Positions 41,910-52,164 are shown, counted from the stretch's first letter. The stretch is DNA of 64,000 nucleotides from an uncultured delta proteobacterium (GCA_963755715.1 CAVWLW010000014.1:1-64000); one strand, 5' to 3'. Notes: generated by a model not told the origin, from the letters alone. Program-made: numbers and translations.

Positions 41910-43622
41910 CTAACGCGGATTGAAATCACTCAGCACGAGGTCGATTACCGTCAGCTTATGCTCGGCTTCGTGTTTGAGCGCTTGTTCGACCGCGGCTTTG
42001 ATTTCACTCGGATCGCTGACCCGGTAGCCGTAGCCGCCGTGAGCTTTGGCGTAGTGTTGATAATCGGGTCTCGGCCCGATCTCCGCGCCGAAATGAACGC
42101 CGGTTTTTTTCGCCGAGCCCGCGGGAAAATATTTTATCAAGCTCGTCTCCATCGACAGATAGCGTCCGTTGTTAAAAATCACGGCATGGATCGGCAAGCC
42201 GTATTCTTGCGCGACGCCGAGACAAGAGGGCACCGCGTTGTAGTGAAAGGCGCCGTCGCCGATCAACGTGAACACCGGGCGATCGGGCAGCGCCAGCTTG
42301 ACACCCAGAGCGTAACTTAGACCGACTCCTAACCCGCCGGTGATGCGCGCGAAATACGATTGGGTTTGGTTGCGTGGAATCGTTTCCTGAATCAGGCCGC
42401 GATAAACGGTGGTCTCTTCTGAAATGACCGCATTTTTCGGCATCGCTTCGCTGAGCGCGTGACAGGCCCAGCGCGGATCGATCGGTGTCTCGTGTGCGTG
42501 TTTCTGCGCTTCCTCTTTCAGTTTGCCAAAGTAACTATCGTGTTGCGCGCTGGTGCGCGCCAGGCGCTGTTCGTACACGGAGCGATTGGCGGCGACCTGT
42601 TCCGACGCTTTGGCTTTCTTGACGAGCTTTGCGAGCGTCGACGCCGGCGGCGCGACCAGGGCGAGATCGACGTTATAACCCCAATAGGGCAGGCGCGAGT
42701 TGGGAAACTCCTCCGTGATGGCAATGATCTTGGCGTTTTTTGGCGCTTTACTTGCCGGATACCAAGGAGTGACGGCGTCGACCATGAGAATTAAATCTGC
42801 GGCGTCGACGAGCTTTGGATCGTGGTGCAAATAAAGCGGATGGTTGGTCGGAAAATTCATGAACGCGGGGCGGTAAGTTTCCATCACCGGAATGGCCATC
42901 AATTCGCAAAGCTCAATCAGCCGCTCCACCGCACGCGGATCGCCGCCCACGTGTTCGGTTAACGCCACCGGATTTTTCGCGGCGGCGATGAGATTCAGCG
43001 TTTGGTCGATAGCGTCATCGCCGACTTCGTGGGCGCGCACCACTTCATTCGATTTTTGGTGATCGGTGAAATTGACTTCTTCCATCATGCATTCGAATGG
43101 AATGCCTATAAGCACCGGCCCCGCCGGCGGTTCCACGGCGATGCGCACGGCGCGCTCGATGGTCGAGGCCAAAAGCTCTGCGGACATGACGCGATCGGCC
43201 CACTTGACGCAGCCGCGCAACAAGTCGGGCGAGCCGCCGAGGTCGGTGAGATCGTGCAGCCACTGGCCGCCGGGATCGGCGACTTTGGTATTTTCGCCGT
43301 AGGCGGCGACCTCGCCGCTGATAATGACCATCGGCGTGCGCTCTTGCAGCGCGGCGCGCAAAGTCATTGCGGCATTGAGCGGGCCGGCGGTGGCGTGAAG
43401 CATGACCACTTGGGGTCGATTGGTAACTTTCGTGTAGCCCGCGGCCATGGCGACGGCGACGGCTTCATGCCGGCAGTTGATATATTTCGGGTTCTTTGCG
43501 CCGCGCGCGGCGGCCTCAGCCAAGGCTTCCCACACCGGCGGCCACTCCGAGCCGGGGGAGGATAAAATAAAATCGACGCCGCTCCGTTCGATCGCTTTCA
43601 ATATCGCTTGTCCGCCGTGCAT
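41910..43622 (-). CDS. ThDP-dependent enzyme (acetolactate synthase/benzoylformate decarboxylase-like)
   Basis: Own AAGGAG RBS and ATG at 43622; RHE catalytic Glu; IGDGAF...IFNN. Confidence 0.9.
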   Translation of the reverse strand: MHGGQAILKAIERSGVDFILSSPGSEWPPVWEALAEAAARGAKNPKYINCRHEAVAVAMAAGYTKVTNRPQVVMLHATAGPLNAAMTLRAALQERTPMVIISGEVAAYGENTKVADPGGQWLHDLTDLGGSPDLLRGCVKWADRVMSAELLASTIERAVRIAVEPPAGPVLIGIPFECMMEEVNFTDHQKSNEVVRAHEVGDDAIDQTLNLIAAAKNPVALTEHVGGDPRAVERLIELCELMAIPVMETYRPAFMNFPTNHPLYLHHDPKLVDAADLILMVDAVTPWYPASKAPKNAKIIAITEEFPNSRLPYWGYNVDLALVAPPASTLAKLVKKAKASEQVAANRSVYEQRLARTSAQHDSYFGKLKEEAQKHAHETPIDPRWACHALSEAMPKNAVISEETTVYRGLIQETIPRNQTQSYFARITGGLGVGLSYALGVKLALPDRPVFTLIGDGAFHYNAVPSCLGVAQEYGLPIHAVIFNNGRYLSMETSLIKYFPAGSAKKTGVHFGAEIGPRPDYQHYAKAHGGYGYRVSDPSEIKAAVEQALKHEAEHKLTVIDLVLSDFNPR

Positions 43623-43706
43623 GACAGTCTCCTTTGATATTGTAATTGGTAGTGTTGCCATAAACCCCGAATTCGCTGCGCTGCACCGGGCACGGAGGTC
43701 ATCAAG

Positions 43707-43836
43707 AAGATCCGAAATCCGAATATCGAAATCGAAACAATTTCCAAAATTCAAAACCAAGTCCGAGTCAAGTTCGTTTAAACATTCTGTCTTTTTCATT
43801 CGATATTGTTTCGAGTTGAATTCGTGTATCGAATTT
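43707..43836. repeat. Intergenic imperfect inverted heptamer element
   Basis: AGATCCG AAATCCG AATATCG AAATCG AAACAAT ... ATTGTTTCG...TTCG TGTATCG AATTT; AT-rich. Confidence 0.6.
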
Positions 43837-43840
43837 ACGC

Positions 43841-44876
43841 TTATCGTGGTAGCTCTTTTTCTCATCTCGGCCATAAAGCCGCTCGCTTCCAAGTTCTGTA
43901 TTACGGATGAGACGATCACCTGATCGAGATCGACTTCTTGGACTTTAGGATTGATGCGTGCCACCAGGCGCCGCACCGTTTTCCAGGAGTCGACGTTGAG
44001 TCCGACTTCAATGTTGGGCATCTGCAGTTGCGCTGTGCGCGCCGAACTTTCGCCGTCTTCGTCTTTGGCCAAGCGGAGGTTTCTTTTGAGTATCGCCGCG
44101 ACCTCACGCCGGTTGGCGGGCTCGAGAATATAAATCAAGGATTCGATCAAGCCTTTGGTCAGAGCGATATGAGTCTCAGGCGTGACGGTGCTGGAATCTT
44201 TCAATGCGCACATGACCGTCGCTTGATAAACGACTTTCAGAGCGCCGACATCAGCCAGGGATCTCGCGCCTGCGCGCTTGGCGATGTCGGCGTAGCTGTA
44301 TGGCAAAACCGCGGCATCGATATTTCCGCTAAGGAGCGCCTGAGTCTGCGTGCCGGTGTCGCCGATGACACGCATGTTGAGTTTGTACTTGTCGGGATCG
44401 AGGCCGAGTGCATCGAGCGCCACCATGGTGGACAACCAGGCGCCGCCACCGATGCTCTGCACGCCGAACGACTTGCCGCGCAGGTCTTCAGTAGATTCGA
44501 TCCCCTTACGCACGATCAGCTCGCGCGACAGCCGGTTATTGCCGGCGGCGAAACAACCGAGCTTCATGCCGGCCGCCGTCGAACTGAGGGCGCTGCTCGG
44601 CGCCGCCCAGACGAGAGACGCGCCGCCGGTTGCCAGGGTCGCCATCATGATCTGACCACTGCGCGTCTGCAGGACCTGAGCATCGACGCCGTATTTTCTA
44701 AAGAGGCCTTTCTCCACGCCGACCCACATGGGCGCCATGGTCTCGTTGAAGCCGCCGTAGGCGATCAACACCGGGCCAGCGCCATGCAATTTGCCGATGA
44801 GCAGAGGAAGGGCAAGGAGTAAACCGCAAGAGAAGAGTAGGCGTTGCAGCAGCCCCATCCGATCGATTCCTTTCAA
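43841..44876 (-). CDS. ABC substrate-binding protein, NMT1/SsuA-like
   Basis: APMWVGVEKGLFRKYG, DLRGKSFGV; the likely true stop TAA at 43841 lies one frame off. Confidence 0.85.
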
Positions 44877-45037
44877 TGTGATTCTCGGCTGCTACTACCA
44901 CACCCGCCTGCGTTTGCACAGGCCGGCTTGAAACAGCCAACGATGACGGCGCCGATCATGTTCGAGGTTTGCCATTGACAACGACGGTGTCGGTCGGCAT
45001 ATGATTTCGTCGCCTGAATTATTCGACGCGGATTTCA

Positions 45038-45619
45038 ATGGAGGAAGGAATGGTCAAGGGTCGCACCAGGATTTTACTCGTATTCGCGCTGATCGCGAGC
45101 ATGGCGCGGATGAGCTCTGCGCAGGACACGATCCCTTTCGTGCCGTCGCCGATGCATGTCGTGCACAAGATGCTCGAAGTGGCGGAGATCAAAAGTGGCG
45201 ACATTCTTTACGATATGGGTAGTGGCGATGGACGGGTGGTTATCGAAGCGGCGAAAAAATATGGCATTCGCGGCGTCGGCGTCGACTTGAATCCGGAGCT
45301 GGTTGCCAAGGCGCGCGAGAATGCGGAGAAGGAAGGGGTCAGCAATTTGGTCGAGTTCCGCGCCCAGGACGGCTTGACCGTCGATATTTCCGAGGCGACG
45401 GTGGTGACGCTTTATATGTTCAAGTGGTTCAACAATGCTTTACGCCCGAAGCTGCAGAAACTAAAATCCGGTTCGCGCGTGATCGCTCATGATTTCGATA
45501 TTGACGATTGGAAACCGAGCCGCGTCGAATACGTCAAGCCGCCGGAGGATGGCTCGGACTACGCCGAATCGCGCACGCTGTATATTTGGAAAGTTGGGGA
45601 AACGCCGACAATCAATTGA
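45038..45619 (+). CDS. Class I SAM-dependent methyltransferase (possibly exported)
   Basis: IPFVPSP, YDMGSGDGR; signal-like N-terminus. Confidence 0.88.
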   Translation: MEEGMVKGRTRILLVFALIASMARMSSAQDTIPFVPSPMHVVHKMLEVAEIKSGDILYDMGSGDGRVVIEAAKKYGIRGVGVDLNPELVAKARENAEKEGVSNLVEFRAQDGLTVDISEATVVTLYMFKWFNNALRPKLQKLKSGSRVIAHDFDIDDWKPSRVEYVKPPEDGSDYAESRTLYIWKVGETPTIN

Positions 45620-45629
45620 TCAGGAGGAT

Positions 45630-46499
45630 ATGAAAATGACCGTCGCATACAATCCGGCAAACCGCTTCGAGATCAAATCTTGGGACACCGAGTTTCGCCG
45701 CGCGCCCAAGCGGACGCTGATGGCGCGGATCTATCAGCCACAAGGCGACGGGCCGTTTCCCGTGCTGCTCGATTTGCACGGCGGCGCCTGGAATAATCAG
45801 GACCGCACGGCCAATGTGGCGATGGACGAGGCGTTGGCGAAAAGCGGCATCCTGGTTGTAGCCATCGATTTAACTCGCGCGCCGGAGGCGCCTTATCCTG
45901 CCTCCGTCCAAGACGCCAACTACGGCGTGCGCTGGCTCAAGCACAAGGCGCGGGAGTGGGACGGAGACGCGGCAACCATCGGCGCGCTCGGCAGCTCGAG
46001 CGGCGGCCACGAAGTCGAGCTCTGCGCCATGCGGCCGCATGAGCCTTATTACGCGGTGCATAAGCTGGCGGAGGCGCCGGAGCTCGATGCGACGCTAAAT
46101 TACGTCGCAACTCGCTCGCCGGTAAGCGATCCTCACGCCCGCTACTTAAACGCGGAAAAATTAGGACGGACTGAAATGGTGCAAAACAGCAAAAATTATT
46201 TCAGTCCGTGGGAAACGATTCATGAGGGCAATCCGCAGGAGATTCTCGATCGTCACGAGGCGGTGACGTTGCCGCCGCTGTTGATTATGCAGGGCGAGCT
46301 CGACGACAACGTGCGTCCGGCGGTGCAGGAAAAATTCGCCGCGTCTTACCGCGCCGCGGGCGGCGAGTGCCAGTATGAAGTGTTCGCCGGCTGCGAGCAT
46401 CTATGGGTGCGCGAACCCGGTCCGCAGACTGATCGCGCCCATGAAATGGTAAAAGCGTTTATCGCACGGCAATTGAAAGCGAAACGTTTGGCGGCGTGA
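45630..46499 (+). CDS. Alpha/beta hydrolase (HSL-like)
   Basis: HGGAW; nucleophile GSSSGG; D and H of the triad (DDNV, CEH). Confidence 0.9.
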   Translation: MKMTVAYNPANRFEIKSWDTEFRRAPKRTLMARIYQPQGDGPFPVLLDLHGGAWNNQDRTANVAMDEALAKSGILVVAIDLTRAPEAPYPASVQDANYGVRWLKHKAREWDGDAATIGALGSSSGGHEVELCAMRPHEPYYAVHKLAEAPELDATLNYVATRSPVSDPHARYLNAEKLGRTEMVQNSKNYFSPWETIHEGNPQEILDRHEAVTLPPLLIMQGELDDNVRPAVQEKFAASYRAAGGECQYEVFAGCEHLWVREPGPQTDRAHEMVKAFIARQLKAKRLAA

Positions 46500-46610
46500 G
46501 CGCGAAATCGCTTGAGTTTTTCAGACTCAGTTTCATTTTGTTGCGAATTGCAGTTTTGGAAAATTCGGCAGGTCGTTTCATGATTCTGCACGAACCCATT
46601 TGATCGCGTC

Positions 46611-47654
46611 TTGTTTGCGGCACTTGTTTTTATTCTATTAGCGGCTTCAGGTGCACCGGGCCAAACCAAAAAGCCGACATCGCTCGCCGAGCTGGCGGCG
46701 TATATGGGGCAGGACCGCGAGCAACTTTTATTCACCGGCGCCAAGAGCGAGGGCAAGGTCGTTTGGTATACCTCGCTCGCCGGCGGTTCTTACAAAGCGA
46801 TCGTCGAAGTCTTCGAAGCGAAATATCCCGGGGTCAAAGTCGAAGTCTACCGAGCGGGCGGAGCGGACCTTACCGTCCGGCTCAGCGAAGAAGCGAAGGC
46901 ACGGCGCTACCTCGCCGACGCTCTCGAAACTACCGAAGAGCCGCTTGCGGCATTGCTCGAAGCCGGGATAATCGCCCCATTCAATTCGCCTTACCTGCGC
47001 AATTATCCGGAGCAAGCGCTCAAGAGGGCTGACAAAGGTCTGATCTATTGGGCCAACGCGCGCGAATCCTACGTTGGTTTCGCTTACAACAAGACCAAGC
47101 TGCCCGCTTCGGCTGTGCCGAAGAATTTCGATGGTTTGCTCAATCCGGAGCTGAAAGGGCGGATGGCGTTCGGTTCGGGCGGCACCGCGCCGGAAATTAT
47201 CGGCGCGATGGTCAAGACTAAGGGTGAGGCCTTCGTCAAGAAATTGAAGGCCCAAGAGATCCGGCTTTTTTCCATGGGCAGCTCGGCGGTTCGTGATCAA
47301 ATTGCCGGCGGTGAGATCGAAGCGGCGCCGGTGATTTTCAGAACTCACGCGATCGAAGCCGCCGAAAAAGGCGCGCCCATCGAGTGGCTGCCGATGGACT
47401 TAGTGCCGGTGCATGCCGGCTCGGCGATTCTCGCGGCGCGCGCGCCGCATCCGCACGCGGCGCTGCTAATGGTCGACTTTCTGTTCAGTGCCGACGGCCA
47501 AGGCGTGCTGGAAAAATTCAAATACGGCAGCGCCGCCAAGGACTACGGTTTCAAACGCTGGTACTTTACCGCCGGTCTCAACGCCGACCAACTCGAACGT
47601 CAGGTGACTTACTGGGAAAAGCTGATGCAGGGAATCGTCAAGAAAGGCGGCTGA
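46611..47654 (+). CDS. Extracellular solute-binding protein (iron/thiamine-type)
   Basis: GAKSEGKVVWYTS, APHPHAA. Confidence 0.88.
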   Translation: MFAALVFILLAASGAPGQTKKPTSLAELAAYMGQDREQLLFTGAKSEGKVVWYTSLAGGSYKAIVEVFEAKYPGVKVEVYRAGGADLTVRLSEEAKARRYLADALETTEEPLAALLEAGIIAPFNSPYLRNYPEQALKRADKGLIYWANARESYVGFAYNKTKLPASAVPKNFDGLLNPELKGRMAFGSGGTAPEIIGAMVKTKGEAFVKKLKAQEIRLFSMGSSAVRDQIAGGEIEAAPVIFRTHAIEAAEKGAPIEWLPMDLVPVHAGSAILAARAPHPHAALLMVDFLFSADGQGVLEKFKYGSAAKDYGFKRWYFTAGLNADQLERQVTYWEKLMQGIVKKGG

Positions 47655-47701
47655 CTTGGTGGCAGTCTGCTTATAGGTGCGTTAAATCGTTCGAAACTTG
47701 C

Positions 47702-48147
47702 TCACGTCCCGGCGAACCGCCGGTGATCGACCATCAGTCAGCGATCTTGTACGACTTTGATTCCTGCCTTGGCGAAGATCTCCGCCGCGGCGTCGTTGCG
47801 GATGCCCGACTGAAGCCAAACTGAATTCGGTTTCTTGGCCAGGATGTCGTCGATATGACCGGCGACATCATGAGAGCGGCGAAAGACATCGACCATATCG
47901 ATTTCGCCGGGGATGTCGGTCAGGTGGCGATAAACTTTCTCTCCGAGAATTTCTGTCGCTTCGGGATAGTAAACCGGCACCGGGACGATTTCGAAGCCTG
48001 CTTTCTTGAGATACATGCGGCACGTAGACTGACGGTTGATCGGCTTGCGCTTCGGTTTTGATGCCGAGCACCGCGATGCGTTTCGGTGGTTTGAATCAGC
48101 GCGCGAATCTCTTCGGTATTCTCGATCAGGTTGTCTTGCCAGTTCAT
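47702..48147 (-). CDS. CoA-binding protein (YccU-like), candidate selenoprotein; N-terminal frameshifts
   Basis: DMVDVFRRS, VWLQSGI, then VVQDR-TGA-LMVDHRRFAGT*, where homologs read DRCLMVEH. Confidence 0.85.
47709..47723 (-). promoter_or_regulatory. bSECIS-like stem-loop
   Basis: mRNA CCGGCG-GUU-CGCCGG; loop follows 20 nt after the UGA at 47738-47740. Confidence 0.55.
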
Positions 48148-48193
48148 TGCGCTAGTTTACCAGATGCCGTGCGTCCGAGCGACGGCTGGATTT

Positions 48194-48598
48194 TCATGCC
48201 GGCGTGCGGCAAACGGCTTCGATGTTGTTCCCGTCCGGGTCACGGACGAAGGCGCCATAGTAATTGGAGTGATATTGCGGTCGCAATCCTGGCGCGCCGT
48301 TGTCACGCCCGCCCGCGGTCAATGCGGCTTGATAAAATGCATCGACAAGAGCGCGGTTGTCGACGCGGAAGGCAACGTGCACTGGTACGTTGCCCGGTCT
48401 ACCCTGGCTTAGCCAGAACTCGGGACTCACGCCCTGTGTGGTGGTTTCTTTCGCTCCATAGCCGACAACGTCCGCCCTGCCAGTGACCGACGCGGGCAGT
48501 TCTTTCAGTAGAGAAATTCCCATCGCGCCCAACGCCGCTGAGTAAAAAGCTTTGCTTTTTGCCAGATCGCTGACGATGACGCCGGTGTGGTCGATCAT
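48194..48598 (-). CDS. VOC/glyoxalase family protein
   Basis: MIDH, HVAF, YYGAFVRDPDGNNIEAV. Confidence 0.92.
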   Translation of the reverse strand: MIDHTGVIVSDLAKSKAFYSAALGAMGISLLKELPASVTGRADVVGYGAKETTTQGVSPEFWLSQGRPGNVPVHVAFRVDNRALVDAFYQAALTAGGRDNGAPGLRPQYHSNYYGAFVRDPDGNNIEAVCRTPA

Positions 48599-48794
48599 AA
48601 GTAAACCTTCCGCGCATGTGACCTCAGTTTTTTCTACATCGATTATCGCGCGCTCGACCCGAGATGCAAGAGGCTTTTACTTCGTTCCTTTAGACATAAA
48701 ACCTTGACGATTGGCACGCTGGCGTAATAATTAGCCGAGCCGTTTTTTCTCTGGTTGTGCTAGACGAACGAAAACACGCAAAGGATAAAACTCC

Positions 48795-51023
48795 ATGGCT
48801 GATCACAAAATCGTAGGCACCTCGGTGCCGCGCGGCGAAGGCGGTGGCAAAGTGAGCGGACAGACCGTCTATGCGGCCGACGTGAAGCTTTCCGGCTTAC
48901 TGTGGGCGAAGATTCTGCGCAGCCCGCATCCGCATGCGCGCGTTCGGCGCGTGGATGTTTCGCGGGCCGAAAAAGTTCCGGGCGTATGCGCGATCATCAC
49001 CGGCGCTGATGTCGAAGGTTTTCTTATTGGTAAACAGATTCGCGATATGCCGGTTTTGTGCTGGGACAAGGTCCGTTTCATCGGCGATCGGGTGGCGGCG
49101 GTGGCGGCCGAGACGGTCGATGCCGCCGAAGAGGCGATTCATTTGATTGAAGTCGATTACGAGCTGTTGCCGGCGGTTTTCGATCCGCTCGAAGCGATGG
49201 CGCCGACTGCGCCAAAGCTTCATGACGACGTTGCCGATTACGATGGCGCGCCGAAAAAGCTTCTCGCCACCGATCTGCATAACGGTCTGACTCGGCTCCA
49301 ATGGAAAAAAGGCGACGTCGAGAAAGGCTTTCGAGAGGCCGACCTCGTCTTGGAGCATACTTTTATTACTCCCGCGCGCCATCAAGGTTATCTCGAACCG
49401 CACGCGGCGACGGTGGCGATCGAGGCCGACGGGCGCATTCAAGTCTGGGCTTCGGTGAAAAATCCCTTCGGCGTGCGCAGCCAGCTTTCGAAGTGCTTAT
49501 CTATCCCCGAGGAGCGCATTCGCATGAACCCGGTCAACGTCGGCGGCGAGTTCGGCGGCAAGGGCGACGGCGTCGATCTGCCGGTGCTGTACTTTCTGGC
49601 GCAAAAGGCGGGGAGGCCGGTGAAGATCGTGATGAGCTATGCCGAAGAATTATCAGCAAGCAATCCGGCGCATCCGACCGTGATTACGATCCGGACCGGC
49701 GTCATGCGCGACGGGACCATCGTTGCGCGCAAGATGCGCGCGGCACACGCGAGCGGCGGTTATGGCGCGCTCAAATCCAATAGCTCGCTTGCCACTTGGC
49801 ACTATGCCGGTGGACAGTATCGAATCGATAACGCGGATATCGAGTTCCTGCAGATTTATACCAACACGGTTCCAGGCGGTTATTATCGCAGCCCCGGTGC
49901 GGTGGCGACGGCGTTCGCGGTCGATTGTCATTCCGACATCCTGGCAAAAGAGCTCGGCATGGACCCGGCCGAGTTTCGTCTGAAAAATTTTCTCGGCGAG
50001 GGCGAGGCGGACGCCGTGGGAGATAAGCTGCGCAACGTGCGTTTCCGCGAGGTGCTACAAGGCGCTCTGGATGCCGCCGGTTGGACGAAAGCGAAAAAGC
50101 GCAATCACGGGCGCGGCATCGCCTTGTCGGGCCGTCATATCAGCGGCGGCGACACCGGGCTCGTGCTGAGCGCAGAGGCCGACGGCAGCTTTTCCATCGT
50201 CAGCCCGAGTATCGATCAAGGATCGGGCACGCACACAATCTTACGCCAGTTGGTTGCCGATCAGATGAAAGTGCCGGTCGAGCAAGTGCACGTAATCATC
50301 GGCGACACGGACAGTGCGCCGCGGGACGGCGGCATGAGAGCGAGCCGCATGACGTACGTCGCCGGCAACGCGATCATGCAAGCCTGTGAAAAACTGCGTC
50401 AACGCTTGCTCGATCAGGCGGGACGCATGTTGGAATGTCGGATGGACGAATTGGAGTTCTCCAACGGTAGATTTTCATTGCTGTCGGACCCGGGTCAGCA
50501 AGTGGCGCTGCGACGTGTGGTCGCCCAAACGAACGAACCTCTGGAAGTAACGGTTTACGAGGATTATCCCTATCCGGAAGATATTTCTTACGTCTGCGCG
50601 CAAGTGGCCGAAGTCGAAGTCGACCCCGACACCGGCGCGGTGCGCGTTCATCGGGTAGTCAGCGCGCACGACGTCGGCACGATCATCAATCCGGTCGCGC
50701 ACCAAGGTCAGATCGACGGCGCGACGATCATGGGTATGGGCCAGGGGATCATGGAAGAGCTGGTGATGGACGGCGGCCGGGTCACGAATAATAATTTGGG
50801 CGATTACAAGTTGCCATCGGTGAAAGACATCCCGGAACTGAGGACCGTGCTGGTGAAGTCTACCGGCGGCGTCGGTCCGCTCGATTCAAAACCCATCGGC
50901 GAGTTTGCCAACAATGCTCCGCCGGCGGCGATCGCCAATGCCATCGCCGACGCGGTCGGCGTGCGCCTATTCGAGTTGCCTGTGAAGGCGGAAAATATTT
51001 ATCGGGCGTTGAAACAGAGGTAA
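48795..51023 (+). CDS. Xanthine dehydrogenase family molybdopterin-binding subunit
   Basis: ILRSPHPHAR, GGEFGGK, YRSPG, AHDVG, SKPIGE. Confidence 0.92.
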   Translation: MADHKIVGTSVPRGEGGGKVSGQTVYAADVKLSGLLWAKILRSPHPHARVRRVDVSRAEKVPGVCAIITGADVEGFLIGKQIRDMPVLCWDKVRFIGDRVAAVAAETVDAAEEAIHLIEVDYELLPAVFDPLEAMAPTAPKLHDDVADYDGAPKKLLATDLHNGLTRLQWKKGDVEKGFREADLVLEHTFITPARHQGYLEPHAATVAIEADGRIQVWASVKNPFGVRSQLSKCLSIPEERIRMNPVNVGGEFGGKGDGVDLPVLYFLAQKAGRPVKIVMSYAEELSASNPAHPTVITIRTGVMRDGTIVARKMRAAHASGGYGALKSNSSLATWHYAGGQYRIDNADIEFLQIYTNTVPGGYYRSPGAVATAFAVDCHSDILAKELGMDPAEFRLKNFLGEGEADAVGDKLRNVRFREVLQGALDAAGWTKAKKRNHGRGIALSGRHISGGDTGLVLSAEADGSFSIVSPSIDQGSGTHTILRQLVADQMKVPVEQVHVIIGDTDSAPRDGGMRASRMTYVAGNAIMQACEKLRQRLLDQAGRMLECRMDELEFSNGRFSLLSDPGQQVALRRVVAQTNEPLEVTVYEDYPYPEDISYVCAQVAEVEVDPDTGAVRVHRVVSAHDVGTIINPVAHQGQIDGATIMGMGQGIMEELVMDGGRVTNNNLGDYKLPSVKDIPELRTVLVKSTGGVGPLDSKPIGEFANNAPPAAIANAIADAVGVRLFELPVKAENIYRALKQR

Positions 51024-51065
51024 GACGCTGACTGTTTACCGTGAAAATTTGCGTTCCGTGAGGTT

Positions 51066-52127
51066 TTGTTGATGTCGCTATTACCCTGGTTAATGATTGT
51101 TGTTTCCCTGATCGTGAGCTCACCGCTTTCGCTCTCGGCGCAAGCCAAGAAGCCTTCGACTTTAAGTGAGCTCGTGACCTATACCGGCGCCGACCGCGAG
51201 CAGATTCTCGTCGGGGGCGCCAAGGCCGAAGGCAAAGTGGTTTGGTACACTTCCCTCGCGGGTAGCTCTTACAGAGAGTTGGCGCAAGGATTCGAAAAAA
51301 AATATCCGGGCATCAAAGTCGATGTTTACCGCGCGGCGAGCAATGAGCTCATGGCGAAAATCACCGCCGAAGCCAACGCGAGGCAATATCTGGTCGACAC
51401 CATTGAAACGACTTTACCGTTACTCAAAAGTCTGCGTGAGGACGGACTCCTGGCGGTCTATCAATCTCCCCATCTCGCCAAATATCCGGCGCGCGCCAAG
51501 GAGAGCGCGGGAAACGGACTTTACTACTGGGGCGTCAACCGCGAGAGCTTCATCGGTGTTGGTTTCAATCCCAATCTGATTACGGCGAGCGCCGTGCCGA
51601 AGAATTTCGATGGCCTATTGAATCCGCAATTAAAAGGCAAAATGGGCATGACCACAAGCGAGACCGGTGTGCGAATGATGGGGGCGATGCTAAAATTTAA
51701 GGGCGAAGAGTTTGTCCGCAAGCTCAAAGCGCAAGATATCAGCCTGCAATCGATTTCCGGTCGCGCGATGGCGGACATGGCGATCTCGGGCGAAGTGCCG
51801 ATCTCGCCGTCGATCTTTCGCGATCACGCCATGGAATCGAAGCTCAAGGGCGCGCCGATCAACTGGGTGCCGATGGAAGCGGTGCCGACCAACGCGGGCG
51901 CCACCGCGATTATCTATCAAGCGCCGCATCCGCATGCGGCAGTGCTAATGGCGGATTTCATCTTGAGCCCGGAAGGACAAAAAATCCTGGAGGATTTGCA
52001 ATTCGGCAGCCCGGCAAAAGACTTTGGCTTCAAGCGCTGGTATCCCGAGGCGGGACTCAACACGGACCAATACGACAAAGAAGCGACGAAGTGGCAGAAG
52101 GTGTTAAGGGAGCTCGGAAGAAAGTAA
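51066..52127 (+). CDS. Extracellular solute-binding protein (paralog of 46611)
   Basis: GAKAEGKVVWYTSLAG, VPKNFDGLLNP, APHPHAA. Confidence 0.9.
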   Translation: MLMSLLPWLMIVVSLIVSSPLSLSAQAKKPSTLSELVTYTGADREQILVGGAKAEGKVVWYTSLAGSSYRELAQGFEKKYPGIKVDVYRAASNELMAKITAEANARQYLVDTIETTLPLLKSLREDGLLAVYQSPHLAKYPARAKESAGNGLYYWGVNRESFIGVGFNPNLITASAVPKNFDGLLNPQLKGKMGMTTSETGVRMMGAMLKFKGEEFVRKLKAQDISLQSISGRAMADMAISGEVPISPSIFRDHAMESKLKGAPINWVPMEAVPTNAGATAIIYQAPHPHAAVLMADFILSPEGQKILEDLQFGSPAKDFGFKRWYPEAGLNTDQYDKEATKWQKVLRELGRK

Positions 52128-52128
52128 G

Positions 52129-52164
52129 GTTCAAAGCGTTGAAGCCGTTCAAATCGTTCAAGTC
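52129..52164 (+). repeat. 9-mer tandem array
   Basis: GTTCAAAGC GTTGAAGCC GTTCAAATC GTTCAAGTC. Confidence 0.7.

Noticed and set aside
41910-44876. 988-aa SBP-ThDP enzyme fusion in the ORF track
   Set aside because: The linker translates an intergenic repeat element. The ThDP gene has its own RBS and ATG (43622), and the SBP stop is one frame off at 43841, so this is most likely an indel artefact.
36947-52164. CRISPR array
   Set aside because: Repeats are 7-9 bp tandem units without spacers, and no cas genes are present.
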